NCBI GenBank assembly: GCA_965637545.1
Contig: OZ281501.1
Location: 15,314,001 to 15,378,000, forward strand
Direction: 5' to 3'
Length of the DNA: 64,000 bases
From: Phallusia mammillata
Taxonomy: Eukaryota
Part shown: positions 24,099 to 36,200 of the stretch, piece after piece
Layout of the letters: each line of letters opens with the position of its first letter
Numbering within the stretch: the first letter of the stretch is position 1
Position numbers and translations under genes: made by a program
Notes under the pieces: model-generated
Databases searched by the model: none
What the model was told of the DNA's origin: nothing
Seen by the model: only the letters and a program-made list of their open reading frames with translations

Positions 24099-24580
24099 TA
24101 GAGATGTACCGAATATTCGGTTTGCCGAATTTATTCGGCCGAATCGGCCACTTTTGCAAAGACTCGGTTTCGGCCGAATAATTTGTTGCGATTCGGCCGA
24201 AACCGAATCTTTTATGAACACACATTTGAAGCGTTAAGCGTGTCTTTCCTGCTTAGTACCAACGAAAATCCTGTCAGTTATTATATTTTTTACCACATTA
24301 TCGTTTTCCCCACTGCAGACAACTAAATAGTAATTCATTGCCGGGTTGGAAATTATGCTTAAGGCAATGTTAAACCGCACAGAACTGAAATAAGGACGAA
24401 ACACAACCATTCTGCACTAATTGCCTGGTAGATAAACTTATGTTTTCATGTCAAACGCGTGCCGTACGACTTCGCGTGACATCATAAATGATTCGGTTGA
24501 TTCGGCCGAATTTATTCGGCAAAACCGCCGAATATTCGGTTTCGGCCGAATCGAAATTTCGCCGATTCGGTACATCACTA
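24099..24580. mobile_element. hAT-type MITE with CCGAA/TTCGG sub-terminal repeats, 482 bp
   Basis: 16-bp TIR TAG(A/T)GATGTACCGAAT with one mismatch. Identical 8-bp TSD CTATAAAC at 24091-24098 and 24581-24588. Arrays of TTCGGCCGAA near both ends. Confidence 0.92.
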
Positions 24581-25092
24581 CTATAAACCGTTGGGATCCG
24601 TTTTTTAGCCTAATCGCCCTGTGACTGTGAAAAAACATAAAGTTTACCAAAATATAAACACATTTCGTTTACAGTCTCCAAATGTCGAATCAAGAAAGTT
24701 TGTTTTTTTGCACACTGCTTGAAGCGATTAGGTAAGCGTTTATACACGTGTTTGGTATTTGGTAGTGCTACATTCCATGCACTATGGCGGCAACGCAAAC
24801 GCCCTTTTTTCTGCCTGTCTGAGAATTTAGGATGCACGTCAACTGATCGATGGCGCTTAGAGAAAAACAAAGTGCCATGTTGCCGTTAAAGGCCCAGAAG
24901 CAGACTTTGCTAAGCGTGTTTCGCGATCAACCATCTTAATTTAAATCATTTTTTGCAGCTTATGGTGGATAGATACGAGGGCAAATGCATTTGTTGTGCG
25001 ATTTTCTGGTTGCCTAAACATGTTTGTTCACTACAAATAGAGAAAGGTTATAACTGAACAGCAGTGTTTTAACATTTTGACATACCCTAACT

Positions 25093-25130
25093 TATCCAAG
25101 TTAGTGACTTGTATCCAAGTTAGTGACTTG
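25093..25130. repeat. 19-bp tandem duplication
   Basis: TATCCAAGTTAGTGACTTG x2. Confidence 0.9.
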
Positions 25131-25719
25131 TATATCTTGTCAATATACACGATACTCGGACAGGTTTAGAATTGAAAATGACTGCAGTGTGTATAGTGAA
25201 TATTCTACTGGGTTGTGTGATTGTTTTTCAAGCAGTAAACGCTGGACAGCCACTATTGACATAAAAGGCGGACCAACTACCTGCTAAACGAGAACCGCGG
25301 AAAATATTGACTAAAGTCGCCGCACCGATATTCAGTCTTAAGGCCTGTGAGAGTAAATGTCAGGGCAGGTAGCATATCGGGGGATATAGAGTTGATACGT
25401 ATAGTGGCTAAAATTGTAGTACAGTATTGTTTAAACATCTTTGCGTTGATGGTCACAACAACGAGTGTTGGAGCATCTACATTGTGTTTACTTCATAAAA
25501 GCTCTCTGACGGTTTTGTTTTAGATCCGGTTTACTTTAGCGTTCTAAAATTCTGAATAAGATGACTTGAAAGTCAGTGTTTGTTTGTCAAAAAAATATGT
25601 AAAATTTAAATAGGAAAAGCAACTTTTTTTCGATTTGTTGTTTTGGATGGGCAGTTAGGTAATCAACATGATAATCAAACAATTCATAGTTCTTGAAACT
25701 TTAACTAACATACAAGGGT

Positions 25720-26410
25720 AGTAGGTTATATTTACATGCGAGTTTTTTTAGCGGACCCGAAAGCCCGAAACACGTTCCCATTGCCCGATTTGTTTTTAAC
25801 AAGACCTAAATTAGACCCGAAATATGGTGAAATTGCGGTACAAATTTTGTTCAGTGAGAAATCAGGCAAAAATAAAGCCCATTTTATTCAAGCCTATTCC
25901 TCAACCCGACTCAAAAAGCCCGGTCCGATTCTCATTTTAACATTGGGGTTTGTCTTTTAGGCTATTCTTTCCTAATTTCGAACAAAAATTTAAGCAACAC
26001 ATTACGCACGGTCATTAACGTTACAGTGCACTTTACCACAGTGCGTGTGAAGAGGACGAATTGTAGTCGTTTTCAGCATCGTGAAATGTAGCATACAACA
26101 GTTTAACATTTCTAAATTTATTACAGTTTTTGGTAAACACTTTTAGGTCGTGCGTTTGGTCTTGATGTCAGAAATTTATAACCTTGAAGTGGCTGCATTT
26201 ACAGTAGGTGGGTTTGAAATGGAATCCGAAAATACAAGCCCTAAACCGATTTAAAACAAAGCCCGAAGTAGGCCTGAAACTTTCAGGCTGAAAGTCAGGT
26301 TGCGACACAAATGGGGCCTATAGTGTGAAGTCAGATTTGAATCAAGACCGTTTTAGTGAAACTTAGGCCCAAACCCGACCTAAAAAGTGCGACCTCGCTT
26401 ACAACTATGG
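25720..26410. repeat. Fragments of a dispersed CCCGA/CGGGT-rich repeat family (related patches near 23980-24020, 32420-32600 and 36880-37190)
   Basis: Repeated CCCGA / AGCCCG / CGGGTT motifs at similar density in several locations. Termini not resolved; boundaries approximate. Confidence 0.5.
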
Positions 26411-27263
26411 CCAGTTCAGCGTAACAAATGTGTACCACTACTGGGCCTTTATTTTTGAAATCTTATATCGTTTCACGTCGAAATGCCCCTTTAGAGCAGT
26501 TTCAGAAGAATATGCAACATTCTATTTTAATGAGTTAAGTCGAATTAATTTGCCTCGGTGAAAGAAATTGTAGCAGTACAAATTTATAACAGGCATATAT
26601 GTGACTGTTCGTAGAGCTTTACGTGGTATATAACGGGTTAATCGATGGAAATAAACGTATTTCCAATGATACGTGGCACCTCCCTGTGGACAACTAACCT
26701 TCTGGTGGTCCCAATGCAATCATCTGGCAGTCGCATGCAATCTTCATGTGTAGCATTCAACGTTTTAACTCAATTAATGTGTATGTCAAAGCTAACGTCT
26801 TTTCCCACTGGGTAATCAGTCAACCGGCGTTTACGAACAAGATTGAGCAACTGACAAACTCGTCAGCAGGTTGCAGATTAATTTTGTTTTACATTTCGAT
26901 GGCTGAATGACAGGTGTCGAAAACATAGTGCATTACTTCTGCTGGGGTAACGCAATGCGATTACTGATACTATTTTTTTATCTGTAACGCCGTTATTACG
27001 GACTTGCATTTTCAATCAGTGCGTATACTGTCATTGGTTTATATATCAAAACTTCTTTATTAGCATAGAGCTATCGTTGCAAAAGATGATAAAAATATCA
27101 CATTCAAATCAGATTTACTACAGTCTCTCCGACAAAAACTTCGTGAAAATAATTGATTTAGCCAAGTAAGAAAACGTTTTAATTCTAGGTTTTGTTTCAG
27201 CTGTTTAAAGTGTTACTGGATAATATTAACTAAACCTGACTGTTAATTCCTATGATTTCAAGC

Positions 27264-30200
27264 ATGCGTTCTACCTGGATGATTGGATGGATGTTATTAC
27301 CGATTATTACTGTTATCGGAAAGAACACAAGCATTAGTACATCGTCGAACCCTGGTAAGTAAAAGATTACATTTTTCTATTTTCACATTTTTAGCGCAAT
27401 ATAATACTTTTAGGATTTTTTTCGATAAAACTAATGAGGCAGATTATAAAACGTAGTTTTAAGGCCACAAGTCAGATTCTAACTTGACGTGTGTAGTGTG
27501 CGTTCGATTTAAATTGTAACCATGGAAACTTTTATCAAGGTTTTGATTTTGTGATACAACATTTCGAAAAGGCAACTGTGTTGTTTGTTTCGCTGGAAAT
27601 AAACGAGCCATTGAACTAGAAAAACGTGGTGTTGTAACCAAAAAAAACAGGCCTTGAAATCAAACACATTCACGCAATTACTTCAACATTTTGGCTAAGC
27701 TGTTGTCACTACTTGTCATTACGTGTAATATATTGATGACAAGCCAACGCTGCGTATTTGAGTGGAAAACGTCGATGGATCTAGTGATTAAATCTCGTTG
27801 AAAGGCAAAAGCAAATTTATGAAATGATATACTGACCACAAAAGGTCAACCAGTCCGACTTTTTAAAGCCTAAACCAGAAACCAGAAGGGCACTTTACCA
27901 GGTCCAACTGGTGTGGTTTCCAATGGTAGCCCTTCCCTTTTCCTGTTGATAAAAAACAAAGACTTTTTCCAGTTTAGTGTCCCACCGCAATACCGCAATG
28001 TGTGCTGTTGTTTGATAATCGACAAGCACGTAAATCAATTGCCGAACATTTTTATCAGTTTGTTGAATAAGCAAATACCAATGAGCTATTATAAGCTGTT
28101 GACAAACAAATATAATTCTTTCGATCTCCTACAAGGAGGCTGGCGTTTCTACACACAATAAGATAGCTTGGATTAACAGAAGACAAATGGACAATATCGA
28201 TTCATTGATTCCGTCGTACGTATTGGAACGATGTTATCTTATTATTAATCGCAGTTACTTTTGCGCTGCGTTAGGCCCTTGATGAGTTAAACACGCTCCA
28301 GTGCTAATGAAATATGTGATTTTAAGAGTCTTAACATAATGCTCATAAAACCCATCTTTGACATGCTTGATTATGGGCTCAATATGGTCATCGCTAAATC
28401 GTGCAAAAATAGTTTTTACCGATCTTTTGTTGGTTATATTTTCACATCGACTGGACAACAGTCTCCTGTTAACGTCCAAAGAAACGAACAACGAAATGTA
28501 TTTTATATCTGAGAAGGTTAATTTTGCCCGTCGTCAAAAGCTTAACGGATTTATGTGCTGATAGAGTGATGAGTGAAGCTTATGTTTTTCGAGCATAGAA
28601 ATAAAGTGACAGAATCCAACATACAAAGACCGAAAGAGAAATTAGATTGTGGTGGAAAACCTAACACTTGATATTACTATGAAATGTTCAAAAACATCAA
28701 TGTTTCACTAAGTAGTGGCCAAACGCGTTTTTTTGTACACAATTATTCAATATTTAAGCCTATGGGAATAAGCATGCAGTGGTAACCAGTTCATTCCCGC
28801 CATCTATATCACGTGGTGGGTTTACGTGACCGAGGCAGGCAGAAGAGGAAGGTGTTGTTACGGGAAACAAGAACAAGTTCCTCCCGTTTACTGGGAATAC
28901 TGCAGGCGAGCGTTCAGCACAATTAACGATAAATTTGGGTTCTTCTTTTCCTAAACCGGTTAACAAGTGGAAGAATTCAAATGCATGTAACAGTTTTGTC
29001 TGCCAGGGCGTTCGATTGTAAACGTTGCTTTTTTATTTGAATCTGTTAACATTGTTAGTGTGACGCGAAATCGTTTATGTGGATAAAAATCAATTGTTTT
29101 GTAACCCTATGGTTTGGGGGAAACGATATAATGCCTTGCACTAAACAACAAAACACCTATAATACTACTCACTTTGCAAACTAATTCTGTTTTTGAACTT
29201 GTTTAAACCCAACCAACAAACGATATTCATTTAATCGGACCGGTGGTCCATGACCCAAAACAAGTTGAGAGCCAATGACATGCAAGCAAAAATTATGCTT
29301 TTTGCTACTATAATAACGGCTTGTTTAATTCTATGTCAGGTGTTTCAAAGGTGGCGTTTGGAAACAGTAAATGACTATAGGTGGCAAGATATAGCAAGAT
29401 ATCGAGATATATCGGTGTTTAAATAAGTGGCCTGCAATTTGCGGCATCAAAGGTCATAAATCTTTAACAGAAAAAGGTCAATTTCGAGATTGATAAAATA
29501 AAACAGGCATTTAACTAAACAATTCGCCATTTGTTGGCTATTTAATTCCAACATACTTTCGTAGGGGAATTGTTAAGACGCGTGACACTTCAAAAACCAA
29601 TTGTGACGTCATAGACCTCCCTGGCACTTTATTCACGTTTTTTATACATTCTTGAGTCACCCCTCTTTTTAATTGATATGCTTAAGACTGGGACTGATTG
29701 AAATCTCACAAGGGTATTGAATTGCCGCAACAGGAAAAGCCTTTTATGGTGAGCATGAGGCGTATCGTAAGGGCGTTCAGTGCACAACGAGGGTTTACAT
29801 TTTGCCCACTTAGGAATACTGTATGCGACCATGGGTAAATTTTTGAGCAAACAAATTGCGTAATTAGGCAAATCATAACCACGCCAACTTCAATCTGAAC
29901 AAAGACTTTGCTTTTTGAAACGCGACGACGTGCGTTGTTGTGGTAAGCTCAAGAAAAAAACACATCATTTTTTATTCAGTAAACTGTTTGGTTAATCAGA
30001 AACATAAAACATAGGATCCTGCACAGATGGCGACAAAAGTGATTGCTGAAATGTCTAGCAGTTATGTTGCTGATTAAATTGATATTCAAGTCCGTGTCTA
30101 GTGTTTCTAAACTGTTTGTTGTTTGTTAAAACAATAACGTAAATTTACGCATTGTTAACAATATAGGCATAACATCTAAAACCTCTATAACAAACTAGTT

Positions 30201-33200
30201 TTAAATAAAGAGTCCTGCCAGACTGTTGGGGCAAAAAAACTGTGTTTCACAACTTCCATATGGTAAACTTATTGCCAAAGTAACAAACGGTTGGGCAAAA
30301 ACAAAATGAAATACATTTTTAAATATTTCGTTTACACCCCGTTATTATTACCTTACACGCGGTCGATCACCTTTGAAACTGATTGTTCAAATATTTTTTT
30401 TTCTGTTTAAATATTCTCAAGGGAAATATTTACCCTCCATCGATAAATCTATTACCAAATAACATCCTAAAGATCCATACTCATATAGGCTTCTTAGTTT
30501 AATTTATTTGGAATCAATATGGCTTAATTAGGAAGAGCGAGTCAAATAATGACGACATAATCGGGATGATGGTGACGTCATTGCCACGTATACGTCACGC
30601 ATTGTGACAAAACACATTTTAGCTCACAACATTTTGTAGATAAAACATGTAATCTGCGTGCTACGTAGTAAGTGTATAGCTTTTCTATATAGACCAACAA
30701 GGTCCCTAAAAACAGCTATTGAAACACGAATAAGATAAATTTAAATGACTTGCTTCTTGCTTATATTTTATTTCGTATATCTACCGTGAAAACTATTAAA
30801 TAACAAAAATTTTAATTTCAGCTGGCAGCAGAAGGAATTAAGAAAATCCCACTGCTTAAAAGAATTCATACAAATTCCCCTTGCATAATTCATGCTTACA
30901 GTAAACAAAAAAGAAGAAATTAAAATTACAGACAGGCATCATAGAATACAGAACTAGTAAAAAAAACAATATTTATGCCAACATATATTATTTTAATGGT
31001 TGCTTGTTGTGTTGTTGCTAACGTAAGACACTGATAATACGACATGGGTTGTTACCGAGAAGTCAAAAAACAATATGTCGACTTTCTAGTCCTTTTATTG
31101 TAATGAGCAAAATGTGTGTTTGTGCTCCGGCCAAAATGTGTTTCTCAAGTTTAAGCGTTCAATAACCGTTAAAGTGACGTCGCTTGTTGCTTGTCAGTTA
31201 TTATTAGGCATGAAAAATTTACAAGCGACAACCTTGCTGTGCTGTCACATGTCAAGTCAAAGCAACAACAAAATTTAAACTATGTGTTTTTGTTCTAACT
31301 CACTTTTCTCAATATTTCTAGACACAGATTTTTCTCACTTGGCATAAATTTCGCGGAATCGACTAAATTTTTAGTAATGATAATGAGGTAAAAAATGGGG
31401 TGGACTCGAAACCTTGTACGAACTCTATTGAATACGTGGACTCGGTGTTCAATAACTATGCACAAAGAATATGAAATTTTTCTTTTACTAGATTGTTTCA
31501 TAAAAGCTTACATTTAAAGATACACAACCGTCGCCGACACCTTCCTCAATGCCTTTATTCACTACTTCTAATGTTACAATCTGTGGTTCGGATTACTTTC
31601 AATGTTGGGATACAACTTGTCTTCCACGTGAGAAGTTCTGTGATGGATTCAATGATTGCCCTGATGGTTCCGATGAAGTTGAGTTTATCAGCTTGGAGAA
31701 CGTTGTGACTGTGCCTTGTATGCCTCTCTGGCAAACTGGCCCACCCAGGTATAATGTGTTTTGGAAAGTTTCACTTTTAAGTGAGGTTAATAAAGGGTAA
31801 CCGAAGTGCTATGGTTACATAACAGGAAAAAAATCTTCATATTAAAATACAATAAATAAAAACTTTGACAACTTAAACCATTAGATCCCATCAGGGGGGT
31901 TCCTACTTTTATTTTATTTTTCTTGGATTAAAACAGCTAAAATTAAGATTTTTGCTCTTGACACTTCTACTGTACCCACGACATAAATATCCAATTAAAA
32001 AAGGCTTCTAATAATTTTATGCAGATCAATACACTGAAAAGGGTTAAAAGACACTTAGCTGAAAAGAGGATGAAAATCAAACCATTTTAAAATTTGTGCA
32101 CACAAATTATCACGCAACCATTTTTTCCAACATTAGGTTTAATAAAAACGGCTAAATCGACTATGTTGAGATTTTTTCGCCTTTTTATCAGCAATTGCAT
32201 TTACTACCAAGAGACTTTTACTTTAGGTTTTGCTTGCTGTGGAACAACAACTGGGTGTGTGATGGTCAGAGCCACTGCATCGAAGACAGGGACGAAGTTT
32301 GTGCAAACCAATGCCCCGGTTTACCTGAAACTTATGTTTGTAACGGATACCCCAATTGCCCAGGTAGTATTTTTGCACCACTACACTAAAACCAATTGTT
32401 CACAAGTGCGTACATGTTGGTTAAACATCCCTGGACACAAATGATGCTGAGCGTAAATTCAGGCCCAAATCAAACCCGGTTTATTGAAACTCAAGTCCGA
32501 ATTCGACCCGAGTTACAACTCTACAAATCCGACCCGACTAGAAACTCATTCTCATTCAAAAGTCATTGCAGGGATATGATAAGTTTGCATGCTGTTCCGG
32601 GTTGGGTGACACTAAAACACTGAATATTGCGGAACGTCGCAGAAACCGCTAAATATCGGGTAAATTGCTGACGGTTAGTGCTATTGGGGTTGGGTTGAGG
32701 TTTTATAATAGTATATGATTCAAAAAATGTCCCTGTCTAAAACTTATTCAGCTATTTCCTGACATTAGGCAAAAATGCTATTGCGGGATATTGCGGGACG
32801 TCGCGGGTTATGGCGGGACGTCGCGGGAGATGGCGGGACGTCTCAGGCGCGGAATGTATTCAGCGGAATTTTTTTCATGATTTTCTATAATAAAACCTTA
32901 TCGCAACCTTAGTAGCTCTAACCGTCAGCAATTTAACCCGATATTCAGCGGTTTTCACGACGTCCCGCCATCTCCCGCGACGTCCCGCAATGTCCCGCAA
33001 CATTCAGTGTTTTACTGTCACCCTACGGGTTCGGTTTGAAAAATTGTTTTAATTGGGTCAACATTAGCATTCAATACGACAGTTTTGATCAACAGAGATG
33101 TTTTTGTTGGCAAGCTAGTACTTTTTGTTTCATGTAATTCAAACCCATTACGCTTCGAGTAAAAAACCAATTGTCTCGAAATGTTTTTATATAAGTCATG

Positions 33201-36200
33201 CAGCTGAAACTTTTTGTTACTATCGGCAGAGAAAAAAAACACAAAAACGTAGGCAGACGAGCATTTGAAAAGAATAGCACTTATCAGGCAGCGATCGGTT
33301 AATTTAAGAGCTGTCCATTTTGCTTCATGCGTCGGGAGTGTCTCATTATTAAAAGTCAAAATATTTTGTGAGCTCTTTACTGAATTCACTGTGTCATGAA
33401 AAAAGAAAAGTTTAGTCGGCGTTTTCACTTATACTTCTCAAAATGTAACAGTATAACCACCGACATGTTGAGACACCTAGCGGTAATAACCAAGTACTAC
33501 AAATTAATTACTAGATGGCAGTGATGAGCTGAATTGCACGGCGTTTTCCTGTGGGTCCGACACGAACATTACTGTGTATGAGGGTCAGTTGTGTGACGGA
33601 ATAATGACCTGCCCAGATGGAAGGGATGAATGCATGTCCAGTTGTAACGATTGTTTTTGCGATGGGGTAAGTTACAAACACTTCTGAGGTTAGGTAATTG
33701 CACTTTTGTTTAAAATTTCATTTTACTGGTGTGAACATATTGGCTTAGAGATATGGGATAATGTTGATTACGTAAATTGGGCAGTTGGTACAGAAAAGTT
33801 TAACTTAAAGAGTGTACTTGGTCGTAAAATGCGGATAAAACAACTGTTGGTCCATAAAGAGCAAGAACATTGTTACATACATACTGTTTGCTTCCAAAGC
33901 ATTTTTGCTGCAATTAGTTTTTATTACACAAATCTGCAACAAAAATACAGTCTACAGATTTTTAGACCTTCAAATTTTTAGTTACAAATACCACTAGCAG
34001 TACAAAAGGGTAAAAAATATTTACACTCTAGTAATTTACAATTGCTTGAATTGTATTCAGATTTACGACATATGCGCAAACGGTGAGATTTGCCAGGTTG
34101 CAGACATTTTCTGCAGATTTTGCGCTGACAAGTCCTCCATTTTCCCGTACGACAAGGTATTGTGACAATTTTTCTAAAGTGATGCACAAAAGAATTCCAG
34201 TTCCCAAATCAGTGGTTTTTAATCGGTGTGAAATTGTGTACTTTCGAAAGGAAATTGTATACGAATACAATAATTGTTCTTTTAAGTTTTGGTTGAAAAC
34301 GTTAGTCATAAATCTGCTCGAAATTCGAACATGGTGATTGCCTTTAGTGGGAAACTATACTAAAAAGATTAATAACCACTGACCTTGGGAATGTTTAGGT
34401 TTATTTACTACAAGTTTAAGATAAACTTTTCTTTGACTGAGAAAAAACAATAAGGCAATATTCCCAAAATACCGTAAAGGTACGAGGCCAAGCATTTCAA
34501 AATTTAGAATCAAGACACATATTCGATACCATTTGCCAGTTTGCGTCACTATAAGAATGAAACTTGGGGCATCAAAAAATGAAACAGCAACACAAAAAAT
34601 TTCTACATGAGGTCTTTTCTAACAGATTTGTGATGGAGAAATAGATTGTCCAGACGCAAGTGACGAACTTTTTTGCAACCAGACTTTCGTGTGTGACAGC
34701 GGAGAGGTGGTAAGAAAAGTACACTTCTGTAAATAACATTTAAATCTACTACAACTTGATATTTTTCGCAACTGCTTTATCATCATTTTTTTCTATTTGC
34801 AACGTGTCTTTCTTCGCCCTTGTTGTGGTGTTGGTTCTTCGATACTTTGACTTGCCCAAGTAAACAACTTTATGCTACAATATATACTCGTAGCTGTTGA
34901 TGGTCTATTTATCAAAATGTTTGTTTGACCAGCAATAGACGTGTAAAAAGTTCACAACTCTGCTTTCGTGTTCAGATTTATCGCATTTCTATTTGCGATG
35001 GAATCAGAGACTGCTCGGATGGAAGTGACGAAGCAATTTGTTCAGTCTGTCCCAACAACAATAAGTAAACATGCTTGCGTTTTAAAACATCTGCATAAAG
35101 AATCAACGCTTTCATTCAAGATAGAGTTTTGATTTTTTTTTCCTTTCTAAAAATAATGTGGCAAAATAAAAAAGAACTTTGTTAACTTGTTAATTAAAAA
35201 AACTAAAGCAACATACAACAAGAGTTAAACGACGCACTGATATACCTCATGTCCTTCTGTATACAAATATACATATTGAATGACAGGCAGCAAAGTTTAA
35301 AAACTTGCCAGCTATACCAAGTTTTGTGTACTTAATCGTAGTTTAAGTTATGTCAAGGTTTTGTACGCCAAGTAAACGTTTAAATGCAATTGGACCGCTA
35401 CAATGGATTGCACATAGCGCATTAACCCAACTCAACTCAATTCGAAAACATTTGATAATCAACACGTTTTTTGGTGCAGATTGATTCCGAGATTCCAGTT
35501 CTGCGATGGCATTAACGATTGTGGCGATCATTCAGACGAATGTGGCGGTCATTGCCAATCTACATGCAAGTAGGTATTACAATGAGCTTATCTATAGCGG
35601 GTAAGTTGCCCTGCAGAGGAAAACAACCACTTGGGGCCGCTTTGTGCTCAGATTTATTTGCGGATCAGGGGAGTGCATTTCCAGCGCTTGTTTCTGCGAC
35701 GGTATCATCGATTGCGCTGATGGCAGCGATGAGATCATCGGTAACTTTCCGGGTGAAGTTCATATCATGTGCAACAACACCAGAAATCATTACGGTGGTT
35801 CATGTTTGCTTCAGCAGGTATGAAGTTATGGATTCGTTTTCTAGTTGTTGTGAGACAAGAATTTGGAATGAAATGAAAGTGTATAGATAGTTGAAAAAAG
35901 GTTGCATTATTATTTTCGCAAAAAAGTACTTGGAACTGTTGGATTGTTTTTGTATCTTAAATTACTGTGATGATATTTGGTGCATCTATTTAAGGCAATT
36001 GATTTACTTACTTTCAAACGAATTTTAGGTCAGAAGATTTATAACATTAGTAATGTTATAGCGAGTCTAAGTTAAAAACATAAGAAAAAAACACTGACTT
36101 TTTCAATCCAAACTTGATCGTTAAACTAGTTGTAGAAAAGTCTGTAAACTTCCCTGAAAACGCACTTTTGTGCTGAGATCAGTACAACTTTTCCTATTTT

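Noticed and set aside
28120-28970. Additional GPCR exons or a nested gene in intron 1
   Set aside because: Candidate frames are phase-incompatible or end in stops, show no recognisable motif, and exon 1 joins 31520 in frame.
32192-32226. Upstream acceptor for GPCR exon 3 (TTTTTATCAG)
   Set aside because: It shifts out of the LDLa frame; the acceptor at 32226 restores it.
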